64,000 nt of DNA. It comes from Asterias rubens (Eukaryota). Location of the stretch: NCBI RefSeq assembly GCF_902459465.1, contig NC_047067.1, forward strand, positions 20,770,001 to 20,834,000. The letters run 5' to 3'. Within the stretch, counting starts at the first letter, position 1, and each line of letters starts with the position of its first letter. A program made the translations under genes and the position numbers. The notes under the pieces are model-generated. The model did no database searches. It was not told the DNA's origin and saw only the letters and a program-made list of their open reading frames with translations. Of the stretch, positions 45,401 through 58,236 are shown piece after piece.

Positions 45401-46220
45401 TCAATAACTCACAGGAGACACAGAGTGACAATGAAATATAAGGAATTTAGTCAGCCCTGAAAACCCTAAAATAATAAAAAACAAGCTTAGAGATAAATTG
45501 TGAGCAGCAAATGTTGAATGAAAATTTACACGATGGAAGGATGGTGGAGTCTTAAGGAGACGGGACAAATCATTTGGGAGAACGCTTAAACAACTTTCCA
45601 GCTTGGACTACACACAGGTGCATTGCTTAGGGGTTATGGCTAGATATGCTGATCATTAAAATAAAAAAAACTCCAATTCCGCAGACAATATGGCTCCCTG
45701 CTGAACAGATGGTCTGTGCTGGTCATGTGGGGGAGGTCACTTGCCCTTTAAGAAGGTTATTCCAGGTTGTTATACACTGCTGCTCATTGATATAGGATGC
45801 AACAACATCTTGAAGGTGAATGCAAGCAAACAGCCTTTGTTTTGTATGGTTGGACGTTGGATGTAAATGGCAAAACCCGCCAGCAGTTGCTGTACTCTTA
45901 TGAAACTTTCATTGTTTTACACTTTGTGGTTTGTTCAGTTAGCCACCATTTACATCAAATATCAGATATGTATTTTATTGGAAAATTTTATTTTCAATAA
46001 CTCACAGGAGACACAGAGTGACAATTATAAGGAATTTAGTTAGCCTTGAAAACCCTAAAATAAAAAATAAAAAAACAAGCTCAGAGATAAATTGTGAGCA
46101 GCAAATGTTGAATGAAAATTTACACAGGGGAAGGACGGTGGAGTCTTAAGGAGACGGGACAAATCATTTGGGAGATTGCTATAAACAACTTTCCAGCTTG
46201 GACTACACACAGGTGCATTG
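45401..46220. repeat. ~225-bp direct repeat pair (45401-45625 and 45994-46220)
   Basis: TCAATAACTCACAGGAGACACAGAGTGACAAT...GGACTACACACAGGTGCATTG occurs twice, highly similar, ~370 bp apart. Confidence 0.9.
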
Positions 46221-48754
46221 AAAAATTTTACCACATACTTTAATTATTTATTTATTTTTTTGGTTTAAAAAACTTATAAATGTTTCCCAATGACGATTTG
46301 CTTATGCTGAGGTAGAAGCGTGTTCTTAGTAACACAGGTTCATTTCATTCCAGAAGGTTGTGAAATTGCTGTTCTAAAGCATTTTTTTGTTCATGGCTCT
46401 TCTTCATTAAGACAACGATGGGGGAGTCCATAGGTAATGATGGTAAATGACTCATGGCGTCTACGTTCTTAAGATGTTTGTTCAATTAATACAGCCGTCA
46501 CAGTTCAACACTTTCTGCGACTGTGAAACCATCTTGAAATAAAGTTGACTTTAGGTGAAAAGTGCAGATGCAATAAAAGCTTGTTGTGAGTAAGGAATGA
46601 TGACCCGGGGTGCTCAGTCAGGTAAAGACATAAATGGCTTCAGTCTCCTAATAACATTTCTTCCTTCATTACACATTTTATTAAGGTTTATTGCCTTCAC
46701 ACTGTTTTCTTTAAATGGTTCAAGAAATTAGTAAATAGGGAAGACCAATTTGGTCTATGTCGACTTCTCAAGTTCTCAATCATCCATTTCAGAAAATGGA
46801 AATAAACAAATACATTTAATATGATTGGTTCCTTCATTACACATTTGTTGAGGTTTATTGTCTAGGCATACATTGTGGGGTTTTTCAAATGGTTCAAGGA
46901 ATGACCAAATTGAGATGTCCAATTTGGTTTCAGATCAATCTGTGTTGGCTTCTCATTTCAGAAAGTGGAAATCAAATCAACAAATAAATCTCCCTTTTGA
47001 CACCAAGGCTTGGCCTCCGACAGTAATTTTGAAAACATACTTTAAGACTCAGTACGGGATTGCAAACAAGCGAATGGCGCCTACTCCAGAGCCAATGTTT
47101 CGTCTGAAGATTCAAAAAAGGCCTAACATTTCTGAAGTCTGTGTACATTTAGATGGTCTGTACTATTCCTGTCTCTGTTCACTGGTGTCCTCTTCCTTAA
47201 TATTTAAACACTGCTGTTCCATGAAATCAGTTATTTTTGGTGAGGGACCAGTCAGAAACCAGCTGCTGACTGGCGCATAGTGTACGTGGGATCAAATAAA
47301 GTGTATGTCTGGAATGTAAGTCGGAACTTCCTGTGAAATATCTGAAATGACGATTTATTTTCTCATTTCGTGCTTTCAATTACTCATTGCCTTAGACCAC
47401 TGTAGAACAATTTTTTTATTTTTTTTTAACCTTTGGCTGTGAAGTTATCGAACGAACATGCTTCAGAAAAAAAGCATCCGAAGCCCATTCGTGTAAATTA
47501 AAAGATGCTTGGCATAAAAATTAACAGTCATTAAAAGTAGAGTCAGTAAGTTTGTTTAGCTTTTTATTTTCAGTTGGAGGGAGCAGTTGTGTATTTTTAG
47601 TTTTTTTCTGTTGTTGATATTGCCTTTCAAAAAACTCTTTACTTGACAGTTTGCTTTGAATGCCTGAAGTTTCACCAAGATCAAGTTTTGCCTTATTGAT
47701 TTTGCCAATATTGCTTTCTTAGATGTCTCTTGCTAGACAAGTCTTTGTCTTGTGTGGTATGTCAGTCATCTTGAATTGCACACTTATTGAAAGAAAACTG
47801 CCTTTGCAGAGGAAAGCAAGAAACAGATGCAAGTATACAGACTGACAAGTATTTTCAGTTCGGATTGAATATCGGGGTTGTCACTGTCTTGACAAAAAGC
47901 TATTGAGAATGATTCAAAGAGAAGGTTGCAAAATGCTTCCAAATATCCTGAGGTTTGTTGACATCTTGGACTTGCAGTGAACATGTAGGGAAGTATTTTG
48001 CATTGTATTTGTTTACACTTTGGTCTTCTTTGGGGAGAATGGAATCAATATCAGCCTGACAGAATGGGCAGAGGGTAACCAGTGAGCTTCCCTTGGGCCA
48101 ATATGCACAAATTGCAGGCGGATAGGCACCAAAAATATGTATTAAAATGTAATGTAAGTTCATTTTCATTTGGCGATCTGCAATTCAGATATTTCTGTTG
48201 GTACAAGAGTACCTCTTTGGCTTAATTAACAGAAACAATCTTTAGGGTGGAATGCCTTGTGCTCTTTATGGCCATTTCAATTCAGTGATGACTTTCCAAG
48301 GTATAGAAGGACCTTGAATGTAGTGAGCGATATCCTGTACTAATTCCCATGTCAGGGTATAGAATCCAACAGTAAACCATGCCACCAGTAAACCATGCTG
48401 TGCTATTACAAACTGTTTCTACAACCTCCAGTCTTATGATGATGAGGTCATTTGGGTTTTAAATCCTATGGGATAACAATTATGTAATATCTACCCTGGT
48501 ACACATCTGTATTGGTCATCAGCGGGTTTCAAATGGACATACTGTACACTGGACTGCAGGTATGTAGTGGTCTGAACTATGGTCGGAGGGTGAGGTCATT
48601 CTGGCCTCAAATCCTATGGGATAACAATATTGTGTAATAACTACTGGGTCACTGAGATGATTCCCTTACCTTTCTCTATGGTTGGTTGTACAGGTAATGT
48701 ACACTGGTCTGTTTGTCATCCATGATGGAATCCAAATGTACACTAGACTGCAGG

Positions 48755-48915
48755 CAAGGTTTTAGCAAGGGTTTAGTTGACTGAAAATGTAAAAAACTGG
48801 GTGTCCAAATTGTTCACTTACAATACATGGACAACATTACCAGATAAAACTGGGTGTCCAAACTTAAAACAGGGTGTCCACAAGACACCCAGACACCCTT
48901 CTTGCTAACACTATG
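48755..48915. mobile_element. 161-bp hAT-like MITE
   Basis: TIR CAAGGTTTTAGCAAG / CTTGCTAACACTATG, 8-bp TSD ACTGCAGG (48747-48754 and 48916-48923), internal GGGTGTCCA x3. Confidence 0.8.
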
Positions 48916-49324
48916 ACTGCAGGCCTGAGGCCAGTGATCTTGTAGAGGCCAGTAAACTCAAGACTGGAGAAGTTCAGCTGGGTTGTGTGTTTTTGTTCCA
49001 ATGTTTACTTTCAGTCTGGTAAATATTTTACAAATCAATGGAGGGGATCACAGATTAATCATAAAAGAGAGATGTATGTAAATGTTTCTAAGTTAAATCA
49101 AAACAGTTCTCATGTTGAACTGTGTCTATATTGTTTTTCTTTCTCTCCTTTTCTTTCATTCTGGTTCTAGTTATTTTGACCCACAAGTCCTGCAGTCTTG
49201 TGATTTTCCACCACAAATTCAAGCACTGTATTTATATTTTACAAAACAAAATCTTGATCTACCTATTTCATGTTTGTGTATCTGCTGTTAAGGATTTGAG
49301 GTAGTCTCTCATTTCTGGACATGT

Positions 49325-49410
49325 TCGGTGGTCTAGTGTTTAAGATATCTGTTTAAAATGTGGGGTCGTGGTTCGAACCCCACCAGGGTAGCATACCTGT
49401 AGAGTCCTTA
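49325..49410 (+). mobile_element. Degenerate tRNA-derived SINE head
   Basis: GGTGGTCTAGTGTTTAAG (A-box-like) and GGTTCGAACCC (B box). Confidence 0.5.
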
Positions 49411-50564
49411 CCTTAGGACCCAGGAGAGTGTCTTAAATTAGTGCAAGGGTAACACCCAAATGACATTCTTCCTCCCTGATGCAGTTAATATTTATTAAAT
49501 ATCTGGTAAGGAAGTGTTGTGTGAAATAACTGAAAAGTACAAGTGAACTGTTGATAGTACAATGTACCAGTGGCCACATGACATTAGAAAATAGTTCCGT
49601 CAAAAATGAAAAAAAAAATTTACAACGTGTTTTAATTCTCATCAAAAAGATTGATGTAATCAGACTGTTATAATTATGGTGCAGACAGTAAACTCATCAG
49701 GTTTTTCTTTATCAATATTGATTTTTTGGTTATAAACAGTGATGACTCAACAGCCCTCGTTGGTTTTGCTTTGTCTATTTGGCAGTCCAGAACAACGATG
49801 TTCATTATTCAAAAGATATTTGTTATTTTTTATGACTACAGTATTATTGTATAATTTATGAAAATTTAAATGGAAAAGGGATAAATTGTTTAAAGAAAAT
49901 AAATATAAACAATGGCAGACTTTTCTACACAATAATGCATGGAAAATATGTGCAGGTGTGCACAATTTGACTTAATTGATAGACCATGTAGAATGATATT
50001 GCAATTTAAAAAATTAACATTTTCTGAAGAAAAAAACCCTAAACAATACAGTGTCAAATGCTGCATGCTTCACAAAATATTTCTCTATTTGAAAAAATCC
50101 GTTTGGACTGAAATATAATCAATTTATGGCTTTCATCAGCCGTGAGTGTTTAAGTGAGCCGTAAATCAAAATGTAACGTCTTTGTTGAAAGCGATCTTTC
50201 AACCCGACATATTTAAGTCTGCCTCATAATAAAGCTGACTGTAAATTGCTGATGACAAACTGAAATGTAAGATCTTTTCATTGTTTAATAGGCCTCTTCC
50301 GGTGAGTGGCAGCGTATTTCATTTTGCTGATTTTAGAACTCCAATTACAACGGTTTTTCCCTTCCGTATTTCAAGTTTCTATCAAACCGGTATTTATGTA
50401 GTCGCTAGCGTTCATTGAGCTGAACACTGTACTTTTATCATGCAAAATATCATCATTTTGTATTCATACTACAATGCATTGTTTAAATACATTTACATTG
50501 ATGCTTTGCCTTTTTCACCAGTCATCGCTCTATTATTTTTAACCACATGGGAAAGAAATTAATT

Positions 50565-50850
50565 CTCAGTGCATGTGAATGCACTCTGCCATGTATGTGA
50601 AACGCCTCAGGCAATCACTGATCTGGTGGTAAAAAGGCGTGCAAATGGACAAGTATGACCAGCACCAGCGTTGAATGATAAAACACATTGACCAACCGTT
50701 TTTATATCGCAATATTGTAAAAAATTGTTTACCATTGCACCAGTGTGAAATTAAGCATTGTATACTCAGCGCTTTCCCAAATTTTGTGAAAAAAGGCAAA
50801 TCACTGTGGTGAGGTTCAAACCCACGACCTTTGCATTTGTACCACTAGAC
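50565..50850 (-). mobile_element. tRNA-derived SINE, minus strand
   Basis: Reverse complement begins GGTCTAGTGGTAC...TGCAAAGGTCGTGGGTTTGAACC (A/B boxes), followed by a ~250-bp body. Confidence 0.55.
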
Positions 50851-53800
50851 CGTGGAGCTAGCCAAGCAGTTCAACCTTCGTCATTTTCCGCAACTGCTAC
50901 AAAAACTTTGTGTCATATGATCTATAAATATGAAAAAATCAATGAATCATTTCAAGTATTTGTCAGTTTTTAAATTTCATAAATCTTTCCCAAACATAAA
51001 TACAGCGATGATTGGCCACCAACATTATTTTTAAAACTGCAAGTTATTGAAATGAAGATTTTTCCTATAAAAATCATTCAAGATGTAGGCCTATGTGTAG
51101 TTTTATTTGAACCATTATTGAAGAACTGACTGGCAGATAAAAGGAAATGTGTAATACTATAGCTCCTAGCTGTGTCCCTCGATGCCCAAAGATATTTCCA
51201 CCTTCAATATCCCCTTATTGGAATCATTCATCATGTTGATGCTATTATTAATAAAATCTTAAAGTTGAAAGTACTTGTGCGAGCTGTTAAGCGATAATAA
51301 TTCCCTCTCTACCCGAGGGATCAATTAGGTGGAAAATGAACTTTGTAAAAAGTCCGTCCTGTTGTGGCAGAGAAAGGTCTGTCTAAGAACGCTGGGGTTT
51401 TTCACTCGGGCTGACGGGCGACTGCAGTGAGGAGAGGACATAGGGGGTTGCCAGCGGTCAGAGACTGCACAGTGACTCATACTTGTGATTTATCATCATC
51501 CTGATTAGCAATTTCAATATCATACACCATTCATGTTTTATCATGTTGTTATAATTGTCAGACACCCACCCTGTTTACTTGTACAGTAAAGCGATAATAA
51601 GTGCCACAAGGGACCTGACTATTTGTATATGTCCAGCCTTGGTGTGGATGTATAGAAATGGATACATGTCTACACATGTGAGTAAGGGTCTGTTTACTCC
51701 ATTTTGGATTCCATCAAAGTTGTTCAGGAGGCGATTATTTTCAAGTTCAAATCAGCACAGGGCAGAGTCCAGATAATCGTTAGATTATTTAAGAACTAGA
51801 CCAGGAGTTCAAAGTCTGTGTTCAAGTCCGATGATTAATAGTAAGTATATCTAGAACTACAAGCTTTGATAAAACTACAATGCGCATTACTTACGTAAAC
51901 TGGTGAATGTTTGTTTGACACATATAGATTTTCCACGAGTCAATTGATAGTTTCCCGTTTCTAATACATGTAGACTTAGTTTAAGTCTTTTTGTTTTGGA
52001 CTGAAAATGTCCTCTGTAATCCATAAACTTAAGGGTTTTTGGCCTCGAGTCCGACACAGAAAGTCATTTGTTGTACACATGACTTTCTAAACTTGTGGAT
52101 TTGTTTGTGATCTAATAGGTTTTACATAGTGATCATTGACATTCATGTTTACCCTTCACATTTCCCTGTTGCCAGCGGGGGACCGGGGGACCTATACAAT
52201 GTTTGTATTGCTTTGTTGATCAATGCTGTACTAGTCTGCTAGTGATTTTTTTGTAAGGATTTCTTGGATCAGAAGAAAATTACCAAGTGATTCTGCTTTC
52301 AAGTACAACAATTTTGTCCATAAGTTTACAATTTGCGGAACCGCATCCTTGTACTCTATGTGTTTTGTAAATTTTACTGCATGAGTGTACATTTTATGTG
52401 TTGAAATAAATATAAATGGTACTTGACTGAGACTAAAACGAAAACGAAAGAGGTCTGTTCTCTTTTGATGATCAGAATTTGAACTAAAATATGTAATGAA
52501 ATTGTACCATTATGATTTAGTATCAGGAACGTGACGATGGGCAAACTGTAACTCGATCCTGTAGATGGATCCATCTGTTAAGAGTTTTATTGAGGGCTGA
52601 ACCCTATACTGTTCATTCACTTGAAGGTTGAACATGTACTTTGGCTACAGGTTCATTCATATCACAATCAGGGTTATGCTCCACTGCGCACAACACAGTT
52701 GCATATTTCAGCTTGTGCCCACCCAACCAGTAGGCATTGTTTGACAACACAGGTGTCTCCATTTTACGCTAACGCTTTTGGGAAAAAATTTAGAAAAAAA
52801 ATCCAAAACACATTTATGCACCTGCTATAGTTGTGAAATCAGCCATGGGTTGCAAGCTTCCCTCACTTTGGGTTTCTATTTCTTTTAGTTGTCCCAACAA
52901 ATGGCTACCTAAAAAGGTACATTTATTGAGCAACTTCAACATGTGTTCAACAAATTCATTTCTTTGTTACAAATATTTCTAACAAACCACATTGGCTTAC
53001 AGTATGTATTTTGATCCATGACTCTCTCCATAGAAACTGTGAAGAAAAACAAATTCGTCAATTTTATAAGTTTTTCTCAGTAGATTGAAAACAGGATTTG
53101 TATCAAACAGTCAAGTGCCATGGTGGCCTGTGCTTTTGCTGTGGTGCCCTTTGCATAGTTCCAACTTAAAAAAATCCTTGTAGAAGTGGCCCGTATCAGA
53201 GGGAAATTGCTGTGCCCCTTCAATTGTGAAGTAAATAATTACAGGACTTCACGTTTTGGTAAACACATGATGTATGAAAAACCAACAGTCAGGTTCCTAC
53301 TTGACATGAGAATTAGTGCTATAGTATTCACTGTGAATGGATGGGAACCTGACCAAGATGGCCACACCATGATAAGGTTTTTAAAATTCAATTTTTTTTC
53401 TTCAAAACTTCTCTTTAACTTGCAGAAGTTCCGTTTCACCCTTGTGGTTAACGATGATTATAGACTGTGTCATTCGCCTGGGATCATAATAGATATTGAA
53501 AGTACATCATGGTCTGTTCATTGACTTGCAATGTGTGAGCAATTAAGTGTCCCACATTTATGGGTATCATTTTCAAAATACTTGCTTCTCAAAAAGTGCA
53601 AGTTTAGGTTGAAGTTTGGAGTTTGGAGTTTTTGATGGTTTTCTTCTTTTATTGTTAATTAAAAAAAGAAAGAGAAAATTAACACTCATTTTATCTCTTA
53701 TGTCACATTCAATACTCAAGTATATTTGGCTGAACCACAAACAAAAACCATAAAAAAGTGCTATTTTTATTGGGTCTACAACAAAATTAATCAAGAAGTA

Positions 53801-55678
53801 TGAGATAATCAGTGACGTCCAAGCTTTCTGAAAATATATCATCACTTTTATAGCGCCCTCAAGTGTTGTATCAATTTGTAATAAAAATGTGTAACAAAAT
53901 GAACAAAACATTGTGCATTATGGGTTCATAGAGCAATACTGCCTGCACTATAATCCATTGTGACTGTATGTGTATAGCCCCCTCTTCTGTTTGATGATGG
54001 TCAGTCATGCATGACACAAAATAATGCTCTTTGAAACTTGTGATTTTGGAAAGTGTGTATTGTGAATAGAGCCCTCTATAGTTGAGTTTCATCCAAGCCT
54101 GCCCAATGTCTCCATATAGGTACGTACATTGTAATGTGTATGAGTTGTACACGTGTGTTTTTACAAAGAAGTTCTTTGTTCAAAATGATGCATTTCTGTT
54201 TGTGTTTTGCATCAACAAAGTGCTTTAAAGAGTTACAGTATTGTTGAATGCAGTGTATTTGAATCCAGTCTTTTGTATACAATGTGGATGAATGTGTTAA
54301 GAATTAATGTTGGGATGTCAGAGTGTAGAATAGTCACTGTTAAATTCTCATCACTAAGTTGCTCTTTTGGAGAGCACTTCAGGAAGTTGGTCTTTTGAAT
54401 ACATTGGAGGTTTGTGTAAAGATTGGCTGCTGGGATTCTCATCACATGAGGGCGCCCTTCTGGAAAGTTAGTACTTCAGGAAGTTGGTCGTTTCAATACG
54501 ATTGGAAAATAGTGTTTTAAGTATGACTGTTTGGATGCAGAATGTCAGAGTGTAAAACTGTAATTAGAAGAAAAAAATAATTTCCTGTTAAATTTTAATC
54601 ACATGAGGGCGCTGTTCTGGAGAGCATTTCAGGAATTGTGCCTCATGAATCAATGGAATGGAAAGTATGTGAAAACAAAAATTACTTCTAAATAAAGGTC
54701 CTTCCAAGTAAATCAAGCTTGTTTTGGTTTGTACATTGCTCATTCACTTTCAGCCACAAAGGCAAGCGAAGGCTTGTAACTTATTTAATCACAGTACATT
54801 CTTAAAACCAATTATACAAAAATCTTGTAGAATGTGGCCCAGCCCAGGGCAAAATAAGTCTTGATGTCTGAATGTACACTGTTGAGTCACATTTCCCCGT
54901 ACTAAACACATTCTTTGTTTATGGCCAGTCTGTAATTGATTTTTTGTTAGATTGGAAGGGGTTAGCTGGGGTCACACATTCAATGTCCTTGTGTCCATGC
55001 ACAGAAACAATAGACCACTCATAACAACTTCCCTCATCAGCTTTGAAAATGACCTTAAATTCAGTCCTTGTACCAGTGGTCATTGAGATAAGATTGCATA
55101 CCAGTTCCAATTATCCTTGGCTAGTCTATCAATCACCTGATCAAATATCCTGTCACCCCAATCAGGGTAGCCATGACCACTCACCCAGCCATTATAGCCA
55201 CTAGCCAGACACTGACCACTGCTATGTCCACTCAGTATTTATGCATTATAAGACCTTGCCCTGTGCTGGCAAGGCCAATGTGGCCATTGATGAAAGTTAT
55301 GCATGCGTCACTACATGTAAAATCAACATGGTCTGAGGGTCATCTGACCATGATCTGACTAAGCTTGATAAAGGATCTGTCTGGCCTTAGGCTTGGTGGT
55401 CAAATAACAATTCCTTGAACGTGGCAGATTTTGATTAGAAATCATGGTTATTGAAAACAGGTGAAAGTCATTTTATTATGTAGTGACGTAGATAACATCA
55501 TAGATGATGTCATTAATATTACTTTCTTGTTCAAGATACTTGAAGTTGTTTTTTTCTTCATAATATTACGCAGTAATTGAATTTGATTTAAGATGTAAAT
55601 ATGTTTATTGTATGTTTAAGGGTTTTACAATGAGGTTTTGTAAGATTTCTTTTTAAGAGTAGTACAATTAGTAATTAA

Positions 55679-56057
55679 AGGCAGTGGACACTATGGGTAA
55701 TTACTCAAAATAATTATTAGCGTAAAACCTTTCTTGGTGACGAGTATTGGGGAAAGGTTGATGGTATAAAACATTGTGTGAAACGGCTCCCTCTTAAGTG
55801 ACGTAGTTGTCCAGAAAGAAGTAATTTTCCACAAATTTGATTTCGAGACCTCAAGTTTAGAGTTTGAGGTCTCGAAATCGAGCATCTGAAAGCACACTAA
55901 CTTCGTGTGACCAGGGTGTTTTTTCTTTCATTATTATCTCGCAACTTCAACGACCGATTGAGCTCAAACTTTCACAGGTTTGTTATTTTATGCATATGTT
56001 GAGATACACCAACTGTGAAGACTAGTCTTTGACAATTACCAATAGTGTCCACTGTCT
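55679..56057. mobile_element. Kolobok-like MITE, 379 bp
   Basis: TTAA|AGGCAGTGGACACTATGGGTAATT ... AATTACCAATAGTGTCCACTGTCT|TTAG (22/24 TIR match); central palindrome GATTTCGAGACCTCAA...TTGAGGTCTCGAAATC. Confidence 0.8.
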
Positions 56058-58236
56058 TTAGAAGTAGTACAGTTAACATTTAATGAATGTAGACAACCAC
56101 TTCATCACTATTGATGTCTTTGAGGGGGGAGGGGGGTGAAAGTCCATGACTGTGAGGGCCATTGTTTGTTTGTTATCATACACAATGCTGGTGGTAAGAA
56201 CAACATTGACTGATTACGGCGTTTCTATTCTCTTTCATTACACACCAGCTCAGTCCAGACAACGCACAAGTCTTTCGTGACTAAATGAAGTCCAATATTT
56301 AATCAAGTCTAATCAAGTGACTGGTCGTCACATGGCCATGGGAAACGGTCACGTTCTGCAAGTGTAAATTGATACTTGCTTGGCCGGGGTGACGATGATG
56401 TTAGTGCTGAGTAGATGTGACTGGCCGATGGCAATTAAATGTTGATAAATTATTCACGGCTGTGTGAGGTGACCAGTGTGTGTTGATCAATAAACACAGA
56501 TCAGATGATCCATTTTAAGTAACTAATGAGTCCATATTCAAAGTAGATTTGTCATTGTATATTATTTATTGAGATAAGCAATGGTTAACAATTTAACACT
56601 GCAGTTTAGGTTTTTATAAACTTTGGAAAAACAACAATTTCACCCTTAGGTACTTCTTAAACATTCTAGTTGACACTTCAATGAATGCAGTACATTCTAG
56701 AATGTAGTGCATTTTGAACCGTGCATAATATAGAACAACTCCGTGACTCCTGCAATTTTTGGAGGGTTAAATTTCTACAACATGTTCACCAATGGCTTCA
56801 ACATTTGATCTAAATGCACGCTTGTTGACTGGTCCGTGGGAACTGTCCACAATGATCATTACAACAGAGTCTGTAATGAATACCAGCATCCACCAATTCA
56901 TTCCCAGGCCCAGGTCTCGTTTAACCCCCAGTTCCAGAAATCTTGTCTTCTCTTTCGCTTTCTTGCCCATAATTTGTTTTTTCCAGTAGTTTTAGCCAAG
57001 ATGGGAATATTCATTGTTCACCTTTAAAGTGAGTCGTGCATACCTTGTCCAGTACAATTGATACAGCACAGGTCTCTTTACGAGCAAGGATAATGTCCAT
57101 GTCAATATTTTGGAAGCTAACCACCTTTCATTTTTTGATAATTTTTATTTCACAAACACAACAAACAGCAAAGCTACTGTTCAAAAACTTGACCTTTGTT
57201 GCAAACTCTTGAATGGATAGTTCTGGACAATGTGTATTTCATTGAATACCACATTACTGAAGCGGTATACAGACAGATATTTCAAGGAATGTTTCTACAC
57301 CATCAACTGAACTCAATCATGACAACTGAATCACTATTTGCAATTAACGGCTTTTAACCAATTAACAATACTGAAGAACTGCAGGCAGTGTTTTGATGAG
57401 GTTACAACATGTAAACAAATTCAGAACAAATGCCCTTTAAAAAAAAAAAAAAATTCAAGTACAATATAAGGACATGAAACGCTCTAAAAGGTCAAATTAT
57501 GTGATAGATTCGGCCATTGTCTGTTGGTTTCCATGTGGGATTTTGTGACTCTTCAAGGCGTGATGTCACAAAGAGTGTTAAATGTTATTTCTCTTTGTTA
57601 TTTTGTCAACTTAAGTCACATTGTTGTTGAAATTTTGTGTTTTGTTCATGAACCACATCTAAGATGTGAGAGATGGAAAGAAAACCAGGCCTTTAAGAAT
57701 AAAGAAAGAGAGAATTTAACAATATGTGAAAATCGTTGAAGAATTTTATAATGGATAAGCACTTCAGATTGAAGAGTGAACCTTGAAAGATTTCAAGTTT
57801 GAAATTCAATCATTTTCAGAATAGATTGCCCTGATAGCAGCTTAGTGTACTTGTGAAGTACTTTTGTGCACGACACGAACGTGGGATTCAAAATGCTTCC
57901 CAGTACATGTTTGTGCATTGTTGTGAATATATGGGTTGTGTTGGAGAACTTTTTTACAATAAAGAGAGTGTTTGCGTCAGCTTTGTTTGGCATGGTCTTG
58001 AATGGGCTGTTAAATCCTGTAATGCAAGTGTTAGTACCCCCCCCCCCAATGTTGGCCAAGAATGTAAAAGGAAAGGTACATGTTTCATTCAGTGATGAAA
58101 AACGTAGCATTGGTAGCTAGGAGACTGTTTGACGTTTCTGGTTTAAGTGCTAAGGGCGTACTGTGGATATCTAGCATTAGTCGTAGCTGTAGATGCCAAT
58201 TCTGCCGTAATTATTCTCAAACTCTCAAGAAAAGTA

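Noticed and set aside
45401-46220. TRIM / LTR retrotransposon
   Set aside because: No TG...CA termini in either orientation, no TSD, and no evident PBS or PPT.
49297-49320. let-7 (TGAGGTAGT match)
   Set aside because: Only 9 nt match; the remainder differs from let-7 and there is no hairpin.
51330-51480. RNase P/MRP-like GC-rich segment (AAGGTCTG, AAAGTCC)
   Set aside because: Only short motif resemblance; the other conserved regions are not found at suitable spacing.
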